A DNA stretch of 62,770 bases, filler included, from Malassezia furfur (taxonomy: Eukaryota), in assembly GCA_052055015.1 (NCBI GenBank). It is 5 parts of 5 records of this genome, joined end to end, with 100 filler letters (N's around TTAATTAATTAA, not from the genome) between each part and the next. Parts side by side here need not be neighbours in the genome. Positions count along the whole stretch, not along the records: positions 12,695 to 25,239 come from JBQJIT010000334.1; positions 25,340 to 37,870 come from JBQJIT010000335.1; 3 more parts are not named here. One strand, 5' to 3'. The position numbers and the translations under genes were made by a program. The notes under the pieces are model-generated. The model was not told the origin of the DNA. It did not search any database and worked only from the letters and a program-made list of their open reading frames with translations. Below, in pieces: positions 24,301 through 34,278 of the stretch (position 1 is its first letter; each line of letters starts with the position of its first letter).

Positions 24301-24697
24301 CCGGCACCGCGGCGTCCGGCGCCGCGGCGGCTTCGCCGGGCGACGACGGCTGTGGGGTATCCTGATCGATCGGGCGAGCCGCCTTGGTGTCGGATGCGGC
24401 GCCCGGCGCGGCGCTCGGCGATGCATCACCCGGCGGCGGCACCGCATCGCCCGGCGGCTCCGCCGCGTCTTGCTCGTCCAGCGCGCCGTCGGCATCCTTG
24501 GCGCGCTGCGTCGCCTCCTCCCCGCCTTCCGTACGGCCGTCCGTCTCCGCTTCCGCATGGCCGGCCGCCTCAACGTCTGTATGCGCGTCGCGCTGTGTGT
24601 CCGGCTCGTGGCCCTCGCGCGGCGCACGCGCAGGCACGCCCGCGGCGCCCGCGGCGCCCTTCTTGCCCCGACGACTGCGCTTGCGTTCGGGCCGCAT
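21395..24697 (-). CDS. VPS41: HOPS subunit Vps41
   Basis: Acidic N-terminus, WD40 region (ALEPHF...AFVCGGMGG, EGPIWAIAW...IAWANDRGVRI), clathrin repeats (EMVYDMVL, KLMPFLR, EMIFLLGRTG), C-terminal RING CAVC...FFCWHVAHLAC. Confidence 0.93.
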   Translation of the reverse strand: MRPERKRSRRGKKGAAGAAGVPARAPREGHEPDTQRDAHTDVEAAGHAEAETDGRTEGGEEATQRAKDADGALDEQDAAEPPGDAVPPPGDASPSAAPGAASDTKAARPIDQDTPQPSSPGEAAAAPDAAVPDAAADDDDADTQSEASDAAASASDASDASDDEEPMYNYVAIGWSARDIFARDTLSACAVSAEHIALGMASGMIYVLNKDGLLHKGFSFHTAAVQQIVLDTTGTFVGSAGLDGCVAIASLHTSEQYRFDFPRPMQALALEPHFGQRSSRAFVCGGMGGALIYREKRWFGHKETVLHAGEGPIWAIAWRDRWIAWANDRGVRIVDAHTHDLITRIAAPEPGVRAELAPYTLVWHSPTSLLVAQGQRITIARVHARNAAAADVLQSVSGLSTLVPGVGTAPPSFYVEITDIFELDCLVASVAPDGDRLVVLAYVAHADDLRRLRDEGAVRMAHDAQHPELRVINAHGEEVGCDVLDIDPARLRCRDLHLASVVERDVDAPAHARAERRVLYVAARAQLTAAHPRTVRDHIAWLLERQAYRAALEALEALGSAGARALGFDTAAIGRTYLQHRIAQGDYAGAAALFPVLLRTDAAAWEEMVLLYLDRGELAAVLPHIPTHDPVLSEMVYDMVLVDLLHHDPAQLLATLRAWPATIYSRQAVAAAIQDRAAGSVTLTACLAELYLASHAPGKALGYLLQLRDPTVFALIREHNLFTDVQDKLAQLVALDQDLAGTPRPAANAVTPLLVDHLHSIPIGRAMAQLAPFPWYAYVYLDALFDRDPPLVSEYANELVALYADFHYAKLMPFLRTMSYVYSFEKAYQVCEAHDYVPEMIFLLGRTGDVRGALNLIIERLHDVRMAVDFVKQQDDAELWDRLLDYARDRPDFLRGLLEHVGGEIDPSRILRLIRPGLAIPGLKHAVIKTLHTIHLQHSLLQGCRDVQSHAVCELTAHYLASLQAARACDAHTRCAVCAAPLLARAEPAVLFFCWHVAHLACVAPDTARAAAPAPFAPVDAPVSAQYARESAAWVRADPADDALPGLAADTDDTRLTPAAHTQAHVQHRAVRRAKQLAALPLAHTGCPVCAERNAYRLEV

Positions 24698-24765
24698 GGC
24701 GCATCGCCGCACAGAAGCACCCACTCCACTTGCCCGCCGGGTGTTTGTCAGCACGCCCGGCTGGC

Positions 24766-25239
24766 CTACATGACTACGTAGTTGTTCGGCACGTAGCGCT
24801 TCGTGTTGTACACGCTTTCGCCAGGCTGCGATCAGTGCATGTCCACGTACCACCCAGCCAGGCACGTCCTTCATGAGCGCCTTCTCGCGCGCGGCCGAGG
24901 CCTTCTCGCGGCGGAAAGTGTCGCGGTCCGCCTCGGCGAGCAGCATCGGCGTGAGATAGATCCGGCTCCACGCATTCTCGCGTGCAAGCTCGCTGTGGTC
25001 AGCCGGCGAGTGGCGACGTACCGCTTCTCGATGTTGTTCAGGCCGACGCGCCAGAACCCAAAGGCGGTCAGGCCGACCATCGAGGCGAGCAGCATCACGC
25101 CGCTCGGCCCCTTGGCAGGCAGGTTGCGCTTGTAGCGGACCGGTCCGAAACCGCCGCGGGGCGGGAGATCCCTGGGGTAAGTCGAGCCACGCACTGTTTG
25201 TAGGGGACTGCGTCAGCCGCGCGATACGTACCGCCTTCG
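24766..25239 (-). CDS. NDUFA13: Complex I subunit NDUFA13/GRIM-19, 5'-truncated by gap, 4 short introns
   Basis: Q|DLPPRGGFGPVRYKRNLPAKGPSG, WSRIYLTPMLLAEADR, MKDVPGW|..GESVYNT. Confidence 0.92.
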
Positions 25240-25339
25240 NNNNNNNNNNNNNNNNNNNNNNNNNNNNNNNNNNNNNNNNNNNNTTAATTAATTAANNNNN
25301 NNNNNNNNNNNNNNNNNNNNNNNNNNNNNNNNNNNNNNN
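25240..25339. other. Artificial contig linker
   Basis: N44-TTAATTAATTAA-N44. Confidence 0.98.
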
Positions 25340-26914
25340 TCGGGCATCGCGCCCGGCGCACTGCCCGGCGGGAACATTTGGAAGAAGAGCATCTGCTGGA
25401 ACTGCAGCTGCATCTGCATCTGCATGCGCATCGGCATCGGCAAGTTGGGGTTCTGCAGCATCACCGCAAGCTGCTGCACGAGCTGGGGGTTGAACGTGGG
25501 CGCCTCGCCCGGCGCGCCAGGCATCGGCATCGGCATCGGCATCGGCGGTGCGCTCGGCGCCTCGCTGGACGCGGCCGGCGTCGACTCGGCGTTGCCCTCG
25601 TCCTTGGGTGCGTCCGCCGGCGCGCTGGGCTCATTGCCGGCCTGCATCGCCAGCTCCGCCTCGTGCGCCTCGTTCGCGGCGGCGTTCGCCTCCTCGTCGA
25701 CCTTGGTGCCCTGCTCGAACGCTTCTTCACTGCGCTCGATCGTGCTGGCGATGTACTCGCGCACCTTCTTGCGCTTGGCATCGTCGATCTTGAGCGTCTC
25801 GATGTTTTGGATATGCTTCTCACACTCGGGGCACAAGAAGTCGTGTTCAAACAGGTACGTCTGCACACACTCCTCACAGAAGGACGTCTGGCAGCACGGC
25901 GTGATCACAGCGTCGCGCAGCAGCTTGGAGCAGTAGGGGCACGCCAGCGTCGGGTCCGACGGCACCGACTGGTACACGTCCGTCTTGGACAGGGGCCGTG
26001 CGCGCGACTTGCTCCGGTTCCACGAGTCAGAGTCGGGCGTGGCAATCACGTACGAGCCGTCGGGCGTCACCATCACGCCCGACATCTGCTCGGCGGTCGG
26101 CTGTTCCACGATGCGGAGCATGCTTTTGGGGATACCCGTCGTCCGCTTGAACCGCGGGCGGTTGTCGTAGTCCTGGTTGTCGTTCGTAGGGCAGTCCTGG
26201 ATCCAGTGGCCCTTTTGACCACACCGGTAGCAAATGTAGCCCGCGGGCGGCGGCGGGCGTTCGACGGCGGGCGCAGCGTATGCGCCGTGTCCGCCGGCGC
26301 GCGGCGGCGGCCCACGACGCGGCATACCACTCCGTTCGCGATAGGTGGCGCTGCGTTAGTCGTCCACGTACTGAGCCATGCGCTCCTGCGTCTCGTCCCA
26401 CTGCTCGGTGGTTGCTTGGAACATGGCGGCGATCCGCGCCGCCTCGTCGCCGCCGTCGGCCGCCACAGGCGCGCCGGGCGCGCTGGTGCTGGCTGGTGGC
26501 CCTGCATCGCGTCCGTCGAAGCGCTTCGTCATAGGGCCACGGTACGGCGCCGCGGCCGCAGGCGGCGGCGCACTTGGGGCCGGTTCGGCGCCGCCCGACG
26601 ACGGCTGTACGTCGGACACATACAGCTGCGCAGTGCCACGCCCCGGCCGTGACGGAGGGAGGCGCCGGACCAGCACATGGGACGAGCGCGGCACGCTGTA
26701 GTTGTCGTCTTTGTATTCTGCGTGAGCAACGGCACGTACCTTCCTCCGTATCCGCATCGTACACGGCGAGATCAAAGTCGGTGCCCTTGCCCATTTTGTT
26801 CTGCAGGATGATCTCGCGCTTAAGGTCCCATATACTGATGCCGGTCCCATCAAAGGTCACCCGCTGGGGCTCCTTCTGGGACCGGAACTTGTAGTACACC
26901 GCGGAGGTCGCCAT
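25340..26914 (-). CDS. MPE1: Cleavage/polyadenylation factor Mpe1 (RBBP6-like), 3'-truncated by gap
   Basis: DWNN domain VYYKFRSQKEPQRVTFDGTGIS..DLKREI, zinc knuckle YICYRCGQKGHWIQDCPTN, KRTTGIPKS, RING CPYC...CCQTSFCEEC. Confidence 0.93.
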
Positions 26915-27017
26915 CGTCGCGCGTGCGCACGACCGTCTGTGCGTGCGGCCAACCTTCGCGCCACGTGGGCCACGTGATCCGCTGGCGGGTTTGCCTCCGG
27001 CGACGGCCTCGAGCAGG

Positions 27018-28015
27018 ATGGTTTCCCGCGATGCGTGGGAGGCGCGCCTCGCGCAGGTCCCGGTCTCGAAAAGGTGTGTATCGGACCATGCCTCGCAGAG
27101 GATGAGTCTTTTTTGAAGTGGGAATCTCTCCGAAACACATTGAGGACACTTTTTTTCTTCATTGCTGATCCCACCGCGCGGCCCAGAACCGTACTAACCG
27201 GCAGGGACCTGGACCGCCTCGTGATGGACTACCTTGTTGTCCAGGGCTACAAGTCGGCGGCAGAGACCTTTGGCGAGGAGACGCTGATCGTGCCAGAGAT
27301 GGACATGGCTGAGATGGACGCACGCATCATCGCACGCGACGCACTCCTCCGTGGCGACGTCGCTGCCGCAACTGAGCTCGTGAACGACTTGAATCCGGAG
27401 GTATGTACCCTACGGCGTCGAAAGGAAGAACATCTTCATGCACCACGCTGAGCAGCTCGCTGCCGTGCGGAACAAAAACCTAATCACCATCTTTCGACTG
27501 ATCGACGCCTCTTCTTTTTGAGCAGGACTTACACCCAGATCCTTGATACGAGCCCGCCGCTCTTCTTCCATCTGCAGCAGCTGCGCATGATTGAGCTGCT
27601 GCGGGCGGGGGATGTCGACGCGGCACTGGCCTATGCGGCCGAACACCTGGCCCCGCTCGGTGAAGAGCACCCGCATCTCCTGCACGAGCTGGAGCAGACC
27701 ATGTCGCTCTTTGTGTTTGATATGCAGGCTCCGCAATCGTCGGTGCCGCCGCATGCGGCGCTGCTGTACAGTCCCGCGTACCGGCAGCAGGTCGCTGACG
27801 AGCTGAACGCGGCCATCCTTGCGTCGCAGAGCTACAATGCCTCGGCAAAGCTCGCGCAGCTCCTGCAAATCCTTTCTTCTGGCGAGCGGCTGCTTGGGCC
27901 ATCAGGGCCGGGCAAGACCGAGTTCCCGCACCTCGACGTCCCGGCGCTCCTCGCGCGTTCCGAGCTTGCCGAGGTGGAGGAATCCATGACCGACGATGTA
28001 CATACTGTAGTTTAG
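27018..28015 (+). CDS. GID8: GID/CTLH complex subunit Gid8 (LisH-CTLH-CRA); introns 27074-27204 and 27401-27538
   Basis: MVSRDAWEARLAQVPVSKR|DLDRLVMDYLVVQGYKSAAETF, VNDLNPE|ILDTSPPLFFHLQQLRMIELLR, ELEQTMSLFVF, VADELNAAIL. Confidence 0.9.
27095..27172 (+). ncRNA. Intronic box C/D snoRNA, SNORD79(Z22)-like
   Basis: Box C AGGATGA 27099-27105; guide GTGGGAATCTC 27118-27128 complementary to conserved LSU rRNA GAGAUUCCCAC; D' CCGA 27130-27133; C' TGAGGA; D CTGA 27165-27168. Confidence 0.75.
27414..27509 (+). ncRNA. Intronic dual-guide box C/D snoRNA, U32/SNORD32-like
   Basis: 8-bp terminal stem GGCGTCGA/TCGACGCC; C-like AGGAAGA; guide CATGCACCAC before D' CTGA (SSU GUGGUGCAUG); guide TCACCATCTTTCG before D CTGA (LSU CGAAAGAUGGUGA). 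Confidence 0.85.
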
Positions 28016-28044
28016 TAATCCGTGGCGCGTGCGCACACCGCACC

Positions 28045-29256
28045 ATGTCTGTGCCGCCCGCGCTGAAGGACACGGCCGCGTACGTGCAGCGTGCCGACGA
28101 AGTCGCCAATGTCGACCCGGTGGTGTCGTACTGGTGTACGTGGAATGGCTGATGCAGGCAAATATTACGCAGCTCAGCTAGGGATCGCAAAACCGACCAG
28201 CGATGCCGCATCCAAGACTTATCTGCTCGGCCTCATGGACGACCTCGAAACGGTGCGTCGCTGCAACTGACGCAGACCAAGGCCGCTTTGGGAGACAACG
28301 ATGCCGTAACCAACGATACGGCGGGCTATGCCTACTTGGAGAATTTTGCCCTCAATATATTCCTTGGTGCAGACAATGAGGATCGCGAGGGGCGTGCGAC
28401 CAAGTACGTGACATGCTGACGCCAGGGCAACCGCACGCACGTTTTTGGCGGCCGTCCAGTTCCTCGAACTGCTCAACGTTTTTGGGCCGCTGGATTCCGA
28501 CGTACGTGGGTCAACTCACCCCAGATCCAAGGGAAGATTAAGTACGCCAAGTGGAAGGCCGCCCAAATCTCCAAAGCACTGCGCGAAGGCAAAAAACCCG
28601 CGCCGGGCCCCGCGGTGAGCGAGGAGGAAAGTGTGCTTGCGCAGCTGATCCCGCCGCAGGAAACCGACGCCAGCGGCGCCCATGACGCATCAACAAGGTC
28701 TGCCACGCTGGACGCTGTGTCAACACCAGAGGACGCCAAAGAACCTGCGGCACGTCCTAGCACAGACGCTGTTGTGCCATCGCAAGACGCTGTGTTTGCT
28801 TCGGTGCCTACGGTGCCTAGCGATACTGCGCGCACCGCCGCCGATGCGCCGTCGTTCCCTAGCGCGCCCAGCGTTGATGCCGCCGATACACCTCCCTTTC
28901 CCAGCGTACCCAGCTCCGATGCCGCGCATCAAGCCTCTGCGCCCAGCAGCGAGAGCCGCCTGCCGTCCGTGCCGGACGAGGGCAGCGCACCGAGTGCCCC
29001 CGTGCAAGTCATCGCCGCTACGTCGGCACCCTCGGCACCTCCTACCAAGGCTGTACATACGACGCCCTCCGCACCACCGCCGCCTCCTACGGATACACGT
29101 CTAAGCGTGACGGACATCGCGAAAGTGCAAAAGTTCTCGCGGTGGGCGAGCAGCGCCCTGGATTACGAGGATGTGGAGACGGCGCGCGCGCATCTCCGAG
29201 ATGCGCTCCACATTTTGGACAGCGCACGGTCTCCGCCCCACGTGAACCCCACGTGA
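28045..29256 (+). CDS. VTA1: Vta1 (Vps4 cofactor), four 22-23 nt introns
   Basis: YVQRADEVANVDPVVSYW|CKYYAAQLGI, LMDDLE, ADNEDREG, KIKYAKWKAAQISKALREG, C-terminal VSL QKFSRWASSALDYEDVETA. Confidence 0.92.
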
Positions 29257-29319
29257 CGCGCTCGGGCAAAAATCGAGCAAGACGGAGTAAAGTTCCCGTA
29301 CAAACCTTAGAGCATCGCG

Positions 29320-30377
29320 ATGATTGCTAGGACGTCTTTGAACCTGCTGCGTGCAGCCCCGCGTACTGGTATGTGGTATCACTTATGCAGCTTGCGCCCC
29401 GCGTCTTCTGTCGACGTCGGCCGTGCGTCGCAGCTATGCGGATACGATCAAGAACATCTACGTGAACAAGGACTCCAAGGTGATCTGCCAGGGTTTCACC
29501 GGCAAGACGGTACGTATGCCTGCCCTAACACCAGGCCACGTTCCACTGTGAACAGGCGCTTGAGTACGGCACCAAGCTCGTGGGCGGTGTCTCGCCCAAG
29601 AAGGCTGGCTCGGAGCACCTTGGCCTGCCGGTGTTTGGCTCGGTCCGCGAGGCGGTGGACAAGACCAAGCCGCAGGCGTCGGTGATTTACGTGCCCCCGC
29701 CTGGTGCTGCGGACGCGATCATCGAGGCCATCGAGGCCGAGGTGCCCCTCATTGTCGCCATCACCGAGGGCATTCCCCAGAAGGACGAAGTTCGCGTCGC
29801 CAACGTGCTCAAGCAGCAGAGCAAGTCGCGCCTCGTCGGCCCCAACTGCCCCGGTGTGATCAACCCGGAGGGCTGCAAGATCGGTATCATGCCCGGCCAC
29901 ATCCACTCGCCCGGCCGCGTGGGCATTGTGTCGCGCTCGGGTACGCTCACCTACGAGGCGGTGAACCAGACGACCAACGTCGGTCTCGGCCAGTCGCTGT
30001 GTGTGGGTATCGGTGGTGACCCCTACCCCGGCTCGACGACCATCGACCTCGTCAAGCTTTACCTCGAGGACCCCAAGTCCGAGGGTATTGTGATCATTGG
30101 TGAGATTGGTGGCAGCATGGAGGAGGATGCCGCGGAGTACCTGGAGAAGTACAACAAGACCCGCGAGAACCCCAAGCCGGTCGTTGCCTTCATCGCGGGC
30201 CGTACGGCGCCTCCGGGCCGCCGCATGGGCCACGCCGGTGCGATCATCAGCGGCGGCAAGGGCGGTGCGGACGACAAGGTCCGTGCGCTCACCAAGGCCG
30301 GCGCCATCGTCGCCGATAGCCCTGCCATGATCGGCGAGCTGATGCTCAAGGCCTTCAAGGACAAGGGCCTGGCCTAA
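29320..30377 (+). CDS. LSC1: Succinyl-CoA ligase alpha subunit, 2 introns
   Basis: [52 protein letters not shown]. Confidence 0.97.
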
Positions 30378-30431
30378 AGGAGAATACATAGTCGTATGAA
30401 CAATCATGGCTGCATTGCTACAGGCTTCCTT

Positions 30432-31570
30432 TTAGGCAGCAACCGAATCCATCGGCTGGAACTGCGTCGGGTCGTTGTTGTCTGTCCGTCAGCCTTGTCG
30501 TTCAACGTACACGCCATCTCGTCAAGCGCCACCACACAGCTCTCGCGCACCACACGCGGCGCCTGCTGGTCTTCGGCCCACCGCTTGAGCGTCTCGATGG
30601 CCTGCGTCTGCGCTGCGTCGTCGTCCGCCTCCTCAAGCACACCGCCAAGCGCCTCGGCAGCCTCGTGGCGCACCATCTCGTGCTCCTGGTCATCATTCAG
30701 CACCCGAGTCATGGCCGGCACCGAGGCGGGGTGGCACAGCTCGCCAAATACAAAGCAGATCTCGTGGCTGGGGGTTAGCGTGCGCAACGTACCGGAACAG
30801 CGCGCTTTCGTCCCGCAGACCGTCGGCCAGGGCGAGCACAGCAGGCGTCTCCGCATCCTTGCCGCCCTGCTGCACCGTGTTGCGCAGCGCAAACATCGCA
30901 CGGTAGCGATCGAACAGCGAGAGCGACGTGTTCATGAGCGTGTCGCGGAACAGCGGCACGTTCTCCAGCGTATACACGTTCTGCTCGTCCTGTGCGTTGG
31001 GCACACGCACAATCGCCGGTGCGGGGTCGATGGGCGCAGCGGCACTGCGTCAGTCAGCGAATAGAGTACGTACCGTGCAGCTGCATCGATCGCATCGCCG
31101 TGCGCCTTGTCACGCTGCTCCTTGATCTCCTGCTCCTTCTTGCCCGTCTCCGAGTTATCCAGCTCGATTTTGTTGATGGCCAGGTGGCACGTCTCGCGCA
31201 CCGACACGTCGGGGTCGTGCAGGTATTCGTTGAGCACCGGAAGCGCTTCGGGCGACGAGATCGCGCCCATCGCCTCGGCGGCCTCGTGCCGCACCATCGC
31301 ATGTTCGTCCTCGTCCGAGAGGATCTTGGTGAGGCACGGCAGTGCGCGCGTGTCCTTGAGTTGCCCCAGGACATAGGCCATCTCGTGCTTCAGCAGCGCC
31401 GAATCGTCACCAAAGCCCTTGGAGATGATGTCAATCACGCGCTCCATGCGGTCCTCCGAAAGCGATGCGAGACCCTTGAGCGTAAAAAGTGTACGGAAGC
31501 GCGCATCCAGCTTCACATTGCCTGAAGTGTTCAGCAGCGACGCCTCGAGCGCGTCCAGGTCCGGCAGCAT
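30432..31570 (-). CDS. LIA1: Deoxyhypusine hydroxylase, 3 introns
   Basis: RFRTLFTLK, SALLKHEMAYVLGQ, MVRHEAAEAMGAI, RYRAMFALRN, SALFR|HEICFVFG, MVRHEAAEALG. Confidence 0.95.
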
Positions 31571-31675
31571 GTCCAAAAAAAAAGTGGATTCCAACCTGCG
31601 TCTGCGCGAGCGCTGACTAAAGCCGCAGAAAAAAAAGTTGCGGTGGGCGCGTGAGCGCCTTCGCTCCAGGCAAAG

Positions 31676-32572
31676 ATGGCCAGAACGAAGCGCAACAAGG
31701 TGGTCTCGCTCACGCGGACCAAGTCCAAGACTCGGGAACACAAGGAGACCCTCGTGGACCGGGTCCGGGACGCTGCGCAGCAGTACGCATACCTGTATGT
31801 GTTTGCCGTGAGCAACATGCGCAATACCTACTTGGACGAGGTGCGCAAGCTCTGGACCGGCTCCAAGATCTTTTTCGGCAAGCTGCGCGTGATTGCCAAG
31901 GCGCTGGGAGAGACCGAAGAGGAGGAAATTCGTCCGGGCCTGAGCAAGATTGTGCCCCGCCTGCGCGGCAACGTCGGGCTGTTGTTCACCGACTCGCCGC
32001 CCGCCGAGGTGCTCGACTGGTGCAGCGACTACCGCCGCCTCGACTTTGCGCGTATGGGCGGCCGTGCCACTGAAACTGTGGAACTGCCCGAAGGTCCCGT
32101 GTACTGCCGCACGGAGCCGCCGGAGACTCTGCCGCACAACGTCGAACCGCAGCTCCGTGCGCTTGGCATGCCGACGCAGCTCAAGCAGGGCACGCCGACG
32201 CTCCTGCAGCCGTTCACGGTGTGCAAGAAGGATGAGAAGCTCACGGCGGAGAAGGCACAGATCCTCAAGCATCTTCTCATCCAGATGGCGCACTTCCGCC
32301 TGGTTCCCTTTGTATATTGGTCTGCCATTGGTGCCAAGGGCGACGAGACCGAGGGCGCCATTGACGAGTTCCCCCTCAGCGATGAGGACCGTGAGGTGCT
32401 GGACGATGCAGGCGTCACGCTCGGCAAGAAGAAGAGCGCGATCCGGCCCAAGAGCGGCGATGACGACGAAGAGATGATGGACGACGACGATGACGACGTG
32501 GAGCCGGACGAGTTCGACCTGATCGAGGAGCGCGACAATGCGATGATGCTTCCCAAGGGAATGCAGCTGTAG
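31676..32572 (+). CDS. MRT4: Ribosome assembly factor Mrt4
   Basis: MARTKRNKVVSLT, NMRNTYL, IFFGKLRVIAKALG, LRGNVGLLFT, EPQLRALGMPT. Confidence 0.95.
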   Translation: MARTKRNKVVSLTRTKSKTREHKETLVDRVRDAAQQYAYLYVFAVSNMRNTYLDEVRKLWTGSKIFFGKLRVIAKALGETEEEEIRPGLSKIVPRLRGNVGLLFTDSPPAEVLDWCSDYRRLDFARMGGRATETVELPEGPVYCRTEPPETLPHNVEPQLRALGMPTQLKQGTPTLLQPFTVCKKDEKLTAEKAQILKHLLIQMAHFRLVPFVYWSAIGAKGDETEGAIDEFPLSDEDREVLDDAGVTLGKKKSAIRPKSGDDDEEMMDDDDDDVEPDEFDLIEERDNAMMLPKGMQL

Positions 32573-32623
32573 GATTGAAATTCATGTTGGATATCACTGC
32601 AGAAGATGCACGCTATAGAACCA

Positions 32624-33774
32624 CTACCTCGTCGGCAAGTCGCCGAGGTGGATACGACGGCTCAGCGGCGAGGAAGACGTCGGAACATCCATGTAGAACC
32701 GCTTGTATTGGTAAATGCCCTCCTCGTCCTTGACCAGCTCGACGTGCACCTCTCCCTCGGTCCAGGTACCAGGCGCAGTACGGAAGTTAGCGGTGAGGTC
32801 CACCGACGAGATGCCCAGCACATCCTTCGAGCTGCCGACCAGGTCGCCGACGCTGCGCGTAATGCTGCGCAGCTTGCTGGTGATCCACCACGGCTTGGCC
32901 GGTTCCTTGGGCGGCGGCGCCGGCACGGGCACCGCAGATTCGCCGGAACTTTGCTCTTCCCACCAACGGTACACCGCATCGTAGCCATCGAGCACACGCT
33001 CCTTGGTCCAGTGCACGCCATCCAGGAATCCGGTACGTGCCTTTTGCCAAAGACTCAGCGGCGTATCCTTGTCGCGGCCCTCGACAAAGAAGTGCAGGTA
33101 GAGTGTGTCTTTGCCCGTACGAGGGTCAATGACGTGCATCGAAGCCACTGTTTGCGACGGGCGCGTGGGGTGCGACGGCGGGTTCAGCGGCGAATAATCG
33201 CTAAACTCGGTCAGCGACGTCTGGAAATTGTACGGCTTGAGCAGGTAGTCGTGCACCTTGGGGCTGTTTTCAATGATCTTGCATGCCTGTTGGTAGATCA
33301 CCGTAGGGCTGTTCCGCGCAAACAGCTCGCTGGCCAGCGCATAGGTGATGACACCGGTTAGCGCTGCACCAAATCCAATCACCAGCAGGCGGGTCGAGTT
33401 GACCGTAGCACGCGCGACTGGGGTCAGTACAGCAACGTACCTTTTTGTCCGCCACGGAGCTCCTTCCACGACTTGCCCTGACCGGTCCACTTGTCCACAC
33501 GCGAGCTACGCGTACCCTGGGCACCCTCGTAGAGCGCTGTTCCAGCGAGGCCAAGCGAGGTCTGCATACGCTGCGCCTCGGCGAGCTTTTTGTCGTTACG
33601 CAGTAACTTAAGAATTTCTTCCTTCTCCCGCTCGAAGCGCGCATCGTCCTCGGCGCTCGAGGGGCTCGGCTGCGATGCAAAATTCCGAGAGAGGGGAGCA
33701 ACGGGGCATCCGAGGATCGGCTGGCGTGGGACGGCGCGCAGCCATCCCACGCGGCGCATCGCGAAGCTGGCCAT
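32624..33774 (-). CDS. TIM21: Mitochondrial import protein Tim21, 1 intron
   Basis: Presequence; WKELRGGQK|VARAT...TM helix...SELFARNSPT; LHFFVEG; GEVHVELVK...YQYKRFYMDVP. Confidence 0.75.
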
Positions 33775-33877
33775 CGATCGTGTACGAAGGAGGCTCCGGA
33801 GCCCGACGTGCGGTTGTCACGTGTTCCCAAGGAGGAGCACGGACCTATCCGGGGTCGTGGCAGAGGAGACCATCACG

Positions 33878-34278
33878 ATGGGGATGAAACACAAGGAGTA
33901 TCTGCAGTCGCAATACATCTATGGGTGCGCAAAGTGCAAGACTCATTTGACGACGCTCGAGGCACTCATCAGTAAGGTATGGTTCGACCCCCGCTCACGC
34001 GCAGGAATTCAACGGCCAAATGGGACGCGCGTACCTCTTCGATAAGGTGGTCAACGTTGACCTTGGCGAAGCAGACGACCGGCATATGCGCACAGGAAAG
34101 CACACGGTGCGCGATGTGGCCTGCTCGCGATGCAAATCCTATTTGGGTTGGAAATATGTACGTGTTGTGTGCGCAGGATACGGCGCTGACACGGTAGGAT
34201 CGCGCCTTTGTCTCGGCGGAAAAGTACAAAGAAGGCAAGTTTATACTAGAAATTACGCTGCTGGACGATGTGGTGTAG
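33878..34278 (+). CDS. MOH1: Yippee/Moh1-family protein, 2 introns
   Basis: MGMKHKEYL..IYGCAKCKTHL..LISK|EFNGQMGRAYLF..MRTGKHTVRDVACSRC..LGWKY|..KYKEGKFILE. Confidence 0.9.

Noticed and set aside
20045..24781. 1578-aa + strand ORF, and other long antisense ORFs (345-2198, 13552-15540, 45633-47648, 50461-52110)
   Set aside because: Shadow frames of real genes caused by extreme GC3 bias; Arg/Ala-rich with no recognisable motifs.
24698..24946. Apparent NDUFA13-VPS41 fusion ORF
   Set aside because: It arises from reading through a 25-nt NDUFA13 intron; spliced NDUFA13 stops at 24766.
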